NCBI RefSeq assembly: GCF_001194135.2
Contig: NC_068990.1
Coordinates: forward strand, 70,303,891-70,367,890
DNA length: 64,000 nt
Source: Octopus bimaculoides
Lineage: Eukaryota
Direction of reading: 5' to 3'
Shown: positions 38,390 through 51,516 of the stretch, piece after piece
Layout of the letters: every line of letters begins with the position of its first letter
Numbering within the stretch: the first letter of the stretch is position 1
Notes under the pieces: generated by a model
Told to the model about the DNA's origin: nothing
The model's database searches: none
What the model saw: the letters and a program-made list of their open reading frames with translations, nothing else
Position numbers and translations under genes: made by a program

Positions 38390-40063
38390 CTAGCAGAAAT
38401 ACCCGGCGTTGCCCAGGTTAAAGAGAATAATGAAATCTAAAAACGCTGTCTAGACTACGCAACCCTCAACTGTTAGTAGCTATGATACCATATTTCTACA
38501 TTAATAACTCTCCAATCCATGCCAGCATGGAACATAGACATTAAGTGGAATGCTAGAAGAAAGTTTTCAACTCATATGTATATAAAGTAAATACACGTAA
38601 TTCAGAAACACGTTTTGTGTATTTTAGTTTGTAACCAAACACACAGGTACAGATTATAAATAATGAAAGGCCAATTTTGGTGATTCATTTGACAGAGGTA
38701 GTAGATAGACAATGCGGTGATAAATCTGAGGTTGGATCTTGAAAGTTTGGATGAATGCTGCCTCAGTTAAATCTCTTGTGGTTCCAAATGATGTCATTTG
38801 TAGTACAGCGTCGTATTGTCTAATTTTGTTTTGCAAATGTTAGGAATCTTGGTCAGTTGATGATAACAGTTTCTTCAATAGCTCTGGAGGTTAGGGATTG
38901 TGGAATTGTTGGGAATGTTTTTAACTTTGGTGTTATATGTATTGCTTGAATTTCTTTGACATATGAAATATATGTATTTTCACTGGGTTTGTAAAAGAGA
39001 GNNNNNNNNNNNNNNNNNNNNNNNNNNNNNNNNNNNNNNNNNNNNNNNNNNNNNNNNNNNNNNNNNNNNNNNNNNNNNNNNNNNNNNNNNNNNNNNNNNN
39101 NNNNNNNNNNNNNNNNNNNNNNNNNNNNNNNNNNNNNNNNNNNNNNNNNNNNNNNNNNNNNNNNNNNNNNNNNNNNNNNNNNNNNNNNNNNNNNNNNNNN
39201 NNNNNNNNNNNNNNNNNNNNNNNNNNNNNNNNNNNNNNNNNNNNNNNNNNNNNNNNNNNNNNNNNNNNNNNNNNNNNNNNNNNNNNNNNNNNNNNNNNNN
39301 NNNNNNNNNNNNNNNNNNNNNNNNNNNNNNNNNNNNNNNNNNNNNNNNNNNNNNNNNNNNNNNNNNNNNNNNNNNNNNNNNNNNNNNNNNNNNNNNNNNN
39401 NNNNNNNNNNNNNNNNNNNNNNNNNNNNNNNNNNNNNNNNNNNNNNNNNNNNNNNNNNNNNNNNNNNNNNNNNNNNNNNNNNNNNNNNNNNNNNNNNNNN
39501 NNNNNNNNNNNNNNNNNNNNNNNNNNNNNNNNNNNNNNNNNNNNNNNNNNNNNNNNNNNNNNNNNNNNNNNNNNNNNNNNNNNNNNNNNNNNNNNNNNNN
39601 NNNNNNNNNNNNNNNNNNNNNNNNNNNNNNNNNNNNNNNNNNNNNNNNNNNNNNNNNNNNNNNNNNNNNNNNNNNNNGTACATATACATCTATATGTATA
39701 CATATACATCTCTCTCTCTCTCTCTCTCTCTGAAAGTATCTGTCATTACAGTATCGAAATGTGATTGTTTCAGTTAGTGGAATAGTTTCATTTTTAAAGT
39801 GAAAGTATTTGACATGAGTGTTTTTGTTTCACTTTTGACATGTAATACTTAAATAGTGGAGGAGATATTATGTTGCCGTGGGCTCGAACTCTGCAAGAAG
39901 TTAAAAAAAGTTTTTGACTAAAACACAACTGGAACCCTAAGTAAGGCATCTGTAAAATTTGAATGAAATTGGTTGCGTAGTTCTCGAGTTTTAGGGATTC
40001 ACACACACACACACACACACAGACAGACAGACAGACACACATTCTCATTTTTATATATATAGA
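38390..40063 (-). mobile_element. Internally deleted Helitron with both termini and a Rep fragment
   Basis: On the minus strand the 5' end is A|TCTATATATATAAAAATGAGAATG(TGTC)n and the 3' end is hairpin CCTGG-GCAACG-CCGGG then TATTTCTG-CTAG|T. Internal NKIRQYDAVLQMTSFGTTRDLTEAAFIQTFKIQPQIYHRIVYLLPLSNESPK matches the Helitron Rep N-terminal QMTSFG...GQIYHRIGSLLP motif in the same orientation. Confidence 0.9.
38654..38990 (-). pseudogene. Helitron Rep/helicase N-terminal fragment
   Basis: ORF 38654-38836 plus upstream KLKTFPTIPQSL, interrupted by stops and a frameshift. Confidence 0.85.
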
Positions 40064-40361
40064 TAGATAATAGTAATGCTGTGACAGTAAACAGTAAAAT
40101 AAGCATTAACCATGACACAACTTAGTAGACTAAATAGTAATATTGCTGCTAATATAAAGCCTGTAACTTGACAACCGACAGAGATAGCAGCAGAGTCTAA
40201 TTTCATATCTGTAACCATTCTAGCTGTAACCATTCTTAATGTAGTTTCTCAAGTCTTAGGCTCCACAAATAATGCCACAAATTTCTGAATGAAGTTAGAT
40301 AACGTTCATTGAATACCACACCTACTGCTGCTGTTTTTGTTGCTGCTGCTGCTGCTTCTCT

Positions 40362-40414
<53 letters not shown>

Positions 40415-41179
40415 TTTATTATCCATTATATTCTTTGGTTTTTTTCCTGCTTTTATTCTTGGTATTTTTTGTTGTTATAAAGGTGATAGTGATGTTAGCA
40501 GTGTTGATGGAGGTGGATTTATTTGTTCTTCTCTCCTGCAGTGGTAGGCTGCTATATCTGTAGCAGAGCATATTTTCTGCCTGCCGAGACAAAGTTGTCT
40601 GTCTAGACTCTATATTAGCATTATGTTATATGCAACGCAATGCACAACTGACATCGAAATTGTCTTAGTAGATTCTTTACTATTTTTCATCAAAAACATA
40701 TTTTTGTACATTTTTTTTTTTTTTTTCATATTTTAAAGACTCCATTCTTTGCAACATGGAATCTATTTCAGGTATTTCAACCAAATCCTCCACTCCACTC
40801 TATCACCAGGTTAAACGTATTCATAAGACTCCAAGCTGATTAAATTGTCAAGCTGACTAGTGTCTTACGAATTTAAATATAGAGAATGTAGAAGCAAATG
40901 TTTAAAGCTGGCTACTCGTAAAACCTCTTCCCCCTTGCCACCCAAGTTTAATGCTTACATCACAGATGGTATTTTTTGAAATGAAGGTTATTTGTAGTAA
41001 TTCTAGAATCTTGACAGTTGTGGATATGGGACTTGTTTACAAGAGTTTTTAACCTGAATATAAATAAAAATAGTAGCTAAAGAGAGTTAAATGAAGGATG
41101 AAGTAGTCTTTAATCTTTATTCATTACCAATGTACTAACAGTAATAATAATAATGATAATGATGATGATGATGATAATA

Positions 41180-41940
41180 ATAATAATAATCTTTTCTACT
41201 ATAGGCACAAGGCCTGACATTTTAGGAGAGGAGGCTAGTTGATTATATCAACCCCAGTGCTCAACAGGTATGGATCCCAAAAGGATGAAAGGCAAAGTTG
41301 ATCTCAGCAGAATTTGAATTCAAAACATAAAGACAGATGAAATATTACAAATCATTTTGTCCAGCTTGCTAACAATGCTACTAGATCACTGCCTTGATAA
41401 TAATAATAATAATAATGATGATAATTTCTTATATTGTGATAAGGAAACAAATTTTGTTGAAGCTGAATGTTTAAAGTTGGCTACTCATAAAATCTCTTTC
41501 CCCTTGCCACTCAAATCTAGTGCTTACATCTTAAATGGCAGTTTTTGGAATGAAGGTTATTTATAGACCTCACTATCTGTTTAGCAGTTTATTTTTTCAA
41601 TCCTAAAACGATGGAAGGCAATATTGACCTCAACAGGATTTGAACTCAGGATGTAAAGTCAGAAATGCTGCTAGGCCTTTTGTCTGATGTGCTAACAATT
41701 CTGTCAACCAAGTGTCTTAAAATGATTTTAAATTTTAGCACAAAGCCAGTAATTTCAAGGGAAGCGGGGGTTAGTCGATTACATTGCCCTCAGTACTTCA
41801 CTGGTACTTTATTTTATCAACCCCAGACAGATGAAAGGCAAAATTGACCTTGATGGGATTTGAATGTAAAGAACTGGAAGAAATGCAGGTAAACATTTAG
41901 TCTGACATGCTAATGACTCTGCCAGCTCACTGTCTTAATA
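41180..41940 (-). mobile_element. Three SINE family A copies or fragments, minus orientation
   Basis: Unit motifs as above, bracketed by (AAT)n. Confidence 0.8.
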
Positions 41941-42419
41941 ATAATAATAAGAAGAAGAAGAATAATCTTTATTTACCATAAGATCCTATACCTGCAAAAT
42001 AAAATGTGTCAAACAACAGGGTGACTGACCACATTGGAATGTCCAGATAGACTATATAGAGGGGAAGCGGTAATAAATGTTAGGCAATATACTGAAAAAA
42101 GGCTAAAAATATATTAGTAAAATGACCAAGTGAAATTCATCTATTTAGGATTGGAATGTCATTACGATTTTGATCAACTTCTATGACTGTAACTAAGGTT
42201 CCCTTAATATACCAGTGAGCTTCAGTTTTAGCTAAGCCATTAAGTTTCTCCACATCCTCTGTGAAGTGCAGCTTTTATTGTCAGTAGATGTTGGTGTTGT
42301 TTTCAGCAGTAATATATCCTTTAAAGGTTCATTGTATTTATCTCTTAACACTACCTCCTTCAGCACAATGTCATTTTCCTAATTTTGTAGCTTTTCCAGC
42401 GATATATAAATTTGCTTAG

Positions 42420-42870
42420 TTATTTTAAATCAGTTAACCCTGTAGGCTCTGCACTTCAGAAAGATAGATACTTCTTTGTAAAGGATGACTCCCAGCATCC
42501 TTCTTGTCTTCAGTTTGGATCCATTCCTTTTCAGCCTCTTCTTTCCCTTTCTATTCTGTCCTCTTTTTTTGTTAAGGCTTCATCTCTTCTCTGCATCACT
42601 GGGAGATACTGGGGTGGAACTGTTGATCAGAGCCTCTTGTTGGTTCTCTGCTCAAAAAGGGGACCTTTTGGCTTTTTGTTGCTTCACTTTGGTGGATTCT
42701 AATGTTGATGTTGTTCAGGAATTGGTAACTCTATCTCTGCATATGCTCTGACGGTTCTTAGCATGTCAAAGCAATGGTGCTGTGAAACTATGGGTGTAGC
42801 ATCAGCCATACCCATCCTCCCTGCCATTTGCATCTCAGAGACTTGTTGTTGTCATTATCTCTACAACTAC
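42420..42870 (-). mobile_element. Possible Tx1/L1 ORF1 (gag-knuckle) remnant
   Basis: With one frameshift it reads CF-C*EPSEHMQR*, resembling a CCHC knuckle, followed by an E/K-rich tract. Confidence 0.3.
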
Positions 42871-44115
42871 TTGCCTTTTTTTTCCACCCTTTTTCTCTTT
42901 TGTTCAAAAGACCATCAAGTGGCCTTTACTGCCACATTTGTAGCATCTAGGCCTTCTCCTCTGCGTCATCATCATCATCATCATCATCTGATGATGATGA
43001 TGATGATGATGATGAATGATTTCCTTTCTAAATTTCCAAAATAATCTTGTGTTCTTATGGGTTCAGGGAGGATGCCACAAAAATCTGGAGCTTCATGTAG
43101 GCCTTGCTTGATGGCATGTTAGAAAATATGGAAAATTACATTTCAAAACTCAATACATGTTTTCATTTTTAATTGTCGTTTAAAAAATATGTATCTAGAA
43201 TTGTAATACACTTCATTATTTAATATAATTATTGAAAATTACTTTAGAGAGATTAGAAGTTTGAAATAGTTTTGCAAGATATTGAGAACTATATTATGTT
43301 TTTGTATCTATCTTTGTTTAGTCAGACATGAAAGAAACAAAAACTAAACAAAATAAATAGATTGAGTAAATAAGACGAACACATTACATTATTTCTCTTA
43401 TCTTCATTGAGGTTGCATTACAGAATTATAAGTTACATGATATTCTAATTGGGTTTTCACCATCCCAGAAATTCCACTGAGGATATTTGCAATAAGTTTC
43501 AATACAAGCAGACAACAGCAGCAACTTAACCATGTTTCCTAAGTTATCTATAATAGAAACTAAATAAAAAAAAAGCAAGAAACATCCTTATTCTTTAAAA
43601 TATTTAATTCCACGTTTTATTTTTTTTTACTTATATAACTAAATGAATTATATTTTTTCAATATTATTTAAGAGTTAAGGACATAAAAGATGACATGTTT
43701 TAGTACTCATGCTTTTCTCAAGGGCATTATTAATGAAGAACATGCAAAAATATTCCTTCGTTAAATTGAGAGCAAGCAGCAGATGCCATTCTCCTGAGAG
43801 ACTCCTACCACACTTTTGTGTCCAAATTATTTTATTAAATAACAATGATTTCATATCACTCAGAAATAGTTTGTGCATACATCACACAACACATGCACAC
43901 ACATACACATATACTACGCATACACAGACATAGTTAAAAGGTTATGTATATATATTAATATGATTTTATTATTTTGCTTATGCATGTTTGTGTGAATACT
44001 TGTACATACCTACACACAGACACACGCACATACATTGTAAAAAGTTATGTATTGATAGAGTCTATTCTTTTTCACATGAATATATGAATGTTTGCATAAA
44101 TGCTTGTACATACAT

Positions 44116-44160
<45 letters not shown>

Positions 44161-44763
44161 CAGATTAATTTGATAAACTGCAATATTTACATACATCATA
44201 TTTATTTTCAAAATTAAATTCTTGACATTATTAGAGAGGAAAAGAGAGGGGGATAAACAAAACCTGAAAGAATTTATTCTTTTTGCTACATATGTATTGT
44301 AAAAAGGAGAACGTACTAGTGTAAGATTTGTGTGAAATTATTATTATTCAGAAGTTAAACAGAAATTAGCTGTGTTTAAATAGATGGATATATATACACA
44401 GAAGAGAGAGAGATATAAATTGATGGCAATATGACTGAATAGAAAAACAGACAAATGAACAACATGCTTACATTGTCAGAGAGAAAGAGACAGAGAGAGA
44501 GACAGACAGACATATAGTGAGGTATTCAGTCAAACATATAGTAAGGTATTTGGTAGAAAGACAGAGAGATGTAGACAGATATGCAGGCAAACAAACAGTG
44601 AGACAAACAGTTTTAGAAAGCATGTGTGTATATGTGTGTATACAGATATGCACGTACACACTAAGAGCTTATATGCAAAATGCAGCAGACATGTAAAATG
44701 CATGTTATTATTGAGTCTGCCTTAAACTTAATCTGAAACTGAACAACTGTCTGTCTGCTGCAG

Positions 44764-44853
44764 GAGCGGCAGCTGTATGGTGGATAAAGATGCAGAAAGA
44801 ATTCCATCTCTCTTCATAGCTGCAGTTCTGGTGAAGAATGGAACAGACCGAAA
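44764..44853 (+). other. Candidate 90-nt symmetric exon (SGSCMVDKDAERIPSLFIAAVLVKNGTDR)
   Basis: Acceptor ctgtctgctgcag|, moderate donor GAAA|gtattc, length divisible by 3. No homology recognised. Confidence 0.18.
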
Positions 44854-45055
44854 GTATTCATACAACACAAAGTTTTTTTTAAATATGTATATATAAAATA
44901 AATAAACAAAGCAATAAATAAACCATTCCCTGTCCCACCATACTTGTGTGAAAAGCTAGCTACTGATTGTAGTAGTGGGAGATTGTAACTTGTAAGTATT
45001 CTACCTTTTTAATATGAATATCAAGGGATGATCAGAAAATTTACATCGAACATTC

Positions 45056-45090
<35 letters not shown>

Positions 45091-45171
45091 CGAACATTCA
45101 TAATAATAATAATAATCGAACATTCATAATAATAATAATAATAATCGAACATTCATAATAATAATAATAAT

Positions 45172-45555
45172 GATGATATCAATACCAGCAGATGACAACG
45201 TTTCTCTAAAAGAAATGGAAAAACTTTCAAAATGCAAAGACCTGGAAATAAAGATAACTCGAATTTGGAATCTAAAAACAGAAACAATTCCTATCATAGT
45301 AGGTGCCTTAGGTATAATAAAAAAATATTCAGACAAATACATAACAAAAATAGCAGGACTTACAAATATATGTAACATACAGAAAATTGCACTACTGGGT
45401 ACTGCACACATCCTACGCAAAACACTTTCAATACAGTAAACATAAGAGCACCACAGCAAACCACAGCACATACCCAAGGCGCACAGAGCTGCGCTCGGTA
45501 GTGAAGTGAAAGCACGTTATAAAAATAAAACTACTGAATAATAATAATAATAATA
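45172..45555 (+). mobile_element. 5'-truncated R4/Dong-like LINE 3' end with 3' UTR and (AAT)n tail
   Basis: DISIPADDNVSLKEMEKLSKCKDLEIKITRIWNLKTETIPIIVGALG...IQKIALLGTAHILRKTLSIQ* is the RLE C-terminus. Flanked by (AAT)n on both sides. Confidence 0.9.
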
Positions 45556-46100
45556 TGCCCTGATGCAATATCAGGCAGTGGTTGTCATGGCTTCTGATCT
45601 TAACTCATTGAAAGTGTTATCATGTACATGTTTTGTCTTGGTGTAAAAGATGGGCTACAGCAAATATTCTGCTCAATACCACAAGTTTGATTGTTAGTTG
45701 CTTGACTTTAACCCTTAGTGGTTGACAATATGTGCACCTCTGATCATGAGCAGGTGTTGTGGGGGAGCATCATAGCCATGTGTTGGGAGGGATTCTTTGG
45801 GGTTTGAATAATTTACCCCTGGAAACATGGGTGCTTTGTTTATCATCCTTAAACAATCCTTATTCAGGGACCTTTTGAGCAGGATAGGCTATTCAACCTG
45901 AAGAAAATTCTAACTGGGCCCCACCTGCAAGGTTATGCACTGTTTATTTTGATATGAGGTCACAATGTCATGCATATATGGTTGTGATGCATGTGTCTGG
46001 TGTCCCCTTATCAGATGAGTAGCCATGATGAGTATATTAGGCTTCATATATTTGTGTCCCTGTGTCATTTTGATGGCATGTGCTGCTCTCTCACTCAGTA
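45555..46100. mobile_element. Unclassified ~550-bp interspersed element flanked by (AAT)n
   Basis: Partial second copy at 25275-25475. No tRNA head, TIR or coding motif recognised. Confidence 0.6.
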
Positions 46101-46126
46101 ATAATAATAACAACAACAACCATTGA

Positions 46127-46173
<47 letters not shown>

Positions 46174-46596
46174 AGGAAAAGATTATAATGAAATAAATGA
46201 ATTTAGAAAATAAAAGAAAGCAAAATGTTAAAGCATGGTTTGAAAATGTTTAATCTGTGATGTGGATGAAAAGATTAAATTTGATAAACAGATTAGTGGC
46301 TTCATCATTGTTGCCTTAGTTATGAGTGGGAAACTATAGCAGTCAGTTATCAGAAATAAAACCCACAAAACATGACTGTACATGTTTTCTTCCTTCCTTT
46401 CTTTCAGTGAAATAAATACAACAGGACATGATTTGAATTTCATTTCAATGTTGAGGCTTGTTTTGTAATCTCAGTCGTCAGTGTGTCCAAATTATATTAC
46501 TTTATAAATATTTAGATGGCAGAAATGTGTATGTGAAAGAATATATTATTACATAATATATGTATATTCAGTGAGGGTGTATTTATATTTTTTTTT

Positions 46597-46638
<42 letters not shown>

Positions 46639-47149
46639 CACTATATAATCAAAATACTATGAAACAGAAATTCTATATTACATGAAATTGAGATTAATAT
46701 TGTGTAATACTGTCTACATTTAGATGATGATGATAATGATAATCCTTTCTACTATAGGCACAAGGCCTGAAATTTTGGTACTTAATTTATTGACCTCAAA
46801 AGTCAACCTTGGCGGAACTTGAACTCAGAATGTGAAGACAGACAAAATACTGCTAAGCATTTTGCCTGGTGTGCTAATGATTCTGCCAGCTTGCTGCCTT
46901 AATAATAAATAATGATGATGATGATGATTTTTTATTAACTACAAGGATTGACAGAAAGATCAAGGATGGTATAGGATGATACAGTGTGGGAATACATAAA
47001 AAGCATACAAACAGCAGAAGTAGCAAAAGCAAAAACAAGATTCCTTTCAAAGTAGGTAGACTTCCAAAGACTACTTGTGGAAACCCAACTAAAAGTATGA
47101 TCACTGTAACCATTAAAGAAAGTGTCCTCTCTAGTTGTATTTTCCAGTC

Positions 47150-47645
47150 TACAGGTGCATGCTCAGAACAGGCTCATTCACTCGGACCTGCTTACCATTG
47201 TTGTCCACCTTTCATCAAATTTGTTAGCAGACAACACTTCCCTCTCCACCTTAGTATCTGTCACAAGTGAAACTTGAAAATGTTGATGAGGGCTTGGCCA
47301 AAGAAGGTGTTTATCTTCACTGCACAATATTTTTTGCCGAAGTCACCAAACAAATGCAAACTGCCTGCTCTGCCCAACCAAAGAAAGGTAGCAAAACAAG
47401 CTTCATATTGATCTTTGTTGAAAGCTGGATCTATTCTAAACATGGTAGCAGCTGTTAAACATTATTCCACAAGTCAGCAATGCTCAAGCACTAGGCAAGT
47501 GCATGCAGAATGGTTTCATTACCCTGTGTACATTTTGGACTCACTCTGATGGCACTCTCTTGAGTTTATCTGGAACCAGTATTGCCCTCCATGGACTCTT
47601 GCCTACAAGTTCTCTGGAATAGACCAGCCAGTTGATTTTCATCAA
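47150..47645 (-). mobile_element. Tx1/L1-clade LINE ORF2 C-terminal remnant
   Basis: SPKCTQGNETILHALA*CLSIADLW (degenerate CxxC-x8-H-x3-C finger) ...GQALINIFKFHL / KVEREVLSANKFDERW, with multiple stops. Confidence 0.7.
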
Positions 47646-49849
47646 TTTCCAGAGTTTCTCTAAAAATGTTGTTTAGCTTTTAAGATATAAAATTTTATAT
47701 TTTAAGAGGTTGTGAGAATTTAAAGTTATGTTCATGTCTTTTTCGATAATTTTATCAAAGTAAATTCATTAATTCCTGCCTCCTCCAAGCTGAATCTGGA
47801 TGTCATATGCTTAATGATTTTATGTGCCTAATGATTTCATAACATATGAAGCATGGGACCATCAAACTTAGAGGTCTGACCCCCAGTAGGAAACACTTGC
47901 AGCATATCCCCACAGTTGAGACATTTTAGGGGCTGGTAGGAGGGAGCACTACAAGGTTACTTGACCTACTGTAACAGCAGTCAAATCTGCTGCATATCAT
48001 GTCCTAACGCCTTACAAAATGGAAAGACGTATTGAGTAGTGGACATTAAATGATGATGATGATGATGATGATGACTATGCAGTTTGCAGTGAGAAATTGT
48101 TTGTTCTGAACAAGAACCAACTCTGTTGAAGTTAATCAAGTTGCCAGGTTTACCAGGCAACAAAATGTGTGTAGCAAATGTCAATGATAGAGGTTCTCTT
48201 AGCATCTAACAAATATACGCCATAGTCACTTGGCTGCTTTCCAGTACTTATTATTTTCACTTACACAATAAAAGCTTTCTTTCATAATAGCTCTCCTACA
48301 TTTTAGATGCGCAATTTAAACAATTTTCAGCTATTTGACTGATATCTATTGATTCTGTGAATGTAGTACACAACTCAGTGTTTTATGGTATCAGTTTTTG
48401 GAGTGGGGCTGTGTGTTTGGTTTTCAAACTATGCTAGGACTATAACTTGGCAGAATTTCTCAGGGATGCCTTTTGCATGATGAATATGTAGTGAAGTCAA
48501 GGTCAATATAATTAATGTGTATTCCAAAGATGCATTTGTAATCAATTGAAATTGCAGTCATAATTAATAGAAAAATCAGTAATCTTTCGTTTTATGGACC
48601 AGAAAGTGAAACTGCAGAACTGGGCAAAGATAGTCTTTTGCTGGAAACTTAGCAGTAAATTGAAAGTGAAAGGGTTTCTTTGAAACTTACAATGTGTTTT
48701 GGAAAGCACATGCACATATATACACACACCTGAACGAAGTGTATGTGTGTGTGTGTGTGTGTGTGAGTGTGCACAAGAGTAATAAAATGAATCTGTACAG
48801 TATCTGATCAATATGTAAAGTTCAAATGGTTACTGTTATTATTATTATTATTATTATTATTTATGTTGCTACTACTGGTGAATGTAGGGTACCAGAGTAG
48901 ATGCTTTATACATTTTGTTCCAAACGGTTTTCATTTGAAAATAAATCTATCTTTGAAATGTTTAGGGCTGATAAAATACCAGTAATATGTTAATGAGTCG
49001 CATAACTCTTAGGTTGTCTATGGGGTTCTTATGCTAGTCAGTCTGGTGGAGCCCATACATCTCCAAGCAGGGCTTGTAATTATTTGAGAGGGCCCTCCCT
49101 TAAAACCCACCTTGAATGTTAAAGGAAGCCTGCTCCCTGCCACCAAGTAGCCTTGTTCTGCCTGACAAAATTTCTCCCAAGGGCTCTGTCTTCAAACCAT
49201 AAATAGCCTCAGGAGGAGGAATTAAACTCAGGGCTATAACCTACAGTGCTGCCACCTCTTTAAGTGAATAATTGTACTTACTCCATAATACCTATTTAAA
49301 GTTGATTGAACTTGGCCGTTTTGAGGGTTGTGTCTTCACTAAAGACAATATAAGCTCTCAGCCCTTTTGTTGAATGTTTAGTACCCTATTAGCCACCTAT
49401 CTGTACTTAGTATTAGCATTACTAACAGATGAAATAGGTATTGAACTATTGAAAGTTTTGTACATTTTAAGTTTATTGCATATACTTCCATCACATTTGC
49501 TATTGTTCATGTGTGCCCCACCTCTCCTGGTTCCAGTTACATTCTCCTTCCAGCACACTACATCATATTCAAACACACACTTGTATTTATTGAAGCATAT
49601 CTACTCATACGTACTTACAAAACTTAGTCTGGTGGATTTTGTCTGTCTGTCTCTCTCTCTCTCTCATATTGTTCACATGCTTTTTTTTTATTCAGTTTAT
49701 TTTTCTTTATTAAAACAATTGTTCACATTGTTATATGGTTAATTATTAAAACTATTTCCTATACTTAATAACATTTCATTATATACAAAGATTAGACCAT
49801 AAGTACTATATTATCAAACATTTCTGCCAACTCCATCAAGAAGAAAGGC

Positions 49850-50262
49850 TCTATGTGGATGCTCACCTTGTAAAAATAGCAGCAAAATGTTCCTCAAATT
49901 ACAACCTACTGTCTGATATAAGAAAAAGATGCCTTAGACAATATAGTCCTACATACTCCTAAAATGATGGGATGGTCATAGCTGGAGTACCTAAGATCAT
50001 AAATCTTTTTCATCATGATTGACCCAATAACAAAATTGAAGCAACAAGAGTGTCTCTATACAGACTCTTGACCTGCTAGGAATAGCAGCCTAATCTTCTC
50101 AAGGCACACCATACCAATTTTAGAACAGAAGGACATATTACATAATGTTATCCTAGATACAGTATGTCCGGAGGAGGGGAACCAATGAGCCAGTCATGGC
50201 TGAAATATTTTTTAGTCATAAGCTTAATCAAGCCTGAACCTCGGGGTTCATCAACAACAGCA
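49850..50262 (+). mobile_element. Two tandem copies of a short interspersed repeat family
   Basis: Units ctctatgtgga..cacctt/gacctgctag(g/a)aatagcagc...gtcatggctg...aacaac. Related copies at about 53300 (-), 55860 and 60640 (-). Confidence 0.6.
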
Positions 50263-51114
50263 AATGTAAGAATGTTTTTTTAATATTATGTGGCTTTCAT
50301 TTTTATGAAGTTGACGCAAACATAAAAGATAATTTCTGGCCTGAACATGGAAAATTGCCTATTCTTCTCTGCTAATATCAATTCTTCTGGATTGTACCAA
50401 AATAGATAACCTGCAATAATATAATTAAAATGGTAGTTTTCTTCTTTTTTTTTCCCTTTGTTTTTATGTTTTTCCTTGTGTTTGCTTCATTAATTGGCCC
50501 CAAATAGCAACTATTAATTAAGTCCCTTATTGTATGCTGATGTTGTTTCACTTCCTGAATTTATTTTCATGTGGATTCCCAAATATTGATCTGCCCACCT
50601 ATACAGACACACTCTAGTTATGTTTGAAAAGTCAACAAAAACAATGTAACCTCAAATTGTACTGTAACAGCTCTAATTCTTCCGACGCATGTCATTCTAG
50701 AGTTTAGCTTCAGTTAGTAATAACAATGTGTAGTGGCTTGTTGTTCATTGTACCGGTTGAAGCTGAGGTCACTTAATATTCATCAAACAATGATGTTGTG
50801 AATTTGAATGCTGATCAGATTTCAATTCAACCAATATAATAATAATAATAATTTTTGTAATTATCAGTAATATTATTATTATAATGATTTGTTGTTTACA
50901 ACTTGTCCAAATCAATAATGCTACAATTGAAATTTGTTCAAAAGAAAACAAATGTTAAAAACATGCAGACAAATTGAATCTGTAAATAATAATGATGATG
51001 ATGATAATAATAATAATAAGAAGAAGAATTTTTTTCCAACAGTCTGATCTGTTTTGCATATATGTAATAATAATAATATTAATGATAATAAATAATAATA
51101 ATAATAATAATAAT

Positions 51115-51439
51115 ATTGTAATCTCTAAGAGAAATGTAGAAACTATCGTTATACAAAGATCTGGAAATAGAAATAACCCAAATGAGGGGCTTATTAAAAG
51201 AAATAGTTCCTCTAATAATAGGTGCTTTAGGTATGATCAAAACACATACAAATGCATAATCAAAACCCCTGGAATTGTGAAATATACATATATCATATAC
51301 AAAATAGCACTGCTAGGCATTGCATATGTCTTATGTAGAGGACTTTCAATATATATATCATCATCATCATCGTTTAACGTCCGCTTTCCATGCTAGCATG
51401 GGTTGGACGATTTAACTGAGGACTGGTGCAACCGGATGG

Positions 51440-51516
<77 letters not shown>

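Noticed and set aside
30460-39733. Long ORFs containing X runs, up to 278 aa
   Set aside because: They run through N-gaps and are not real reading frames.
45045-45175. Short direct repeats with spacers, CRISPR-like at first sight
   Set aside because: The spacers are pure (AAT)n, the repeat is only 13 bp, there are no cas genes and the context is eukaryotic.
47261-47443. ORF ending INIFKFHL resembling the FBXO32/atrogin C-terminus
   Set aside because: The neighbouring frames carry the Tx1 zinc finger with stops, so a LINE remnant explains it better.
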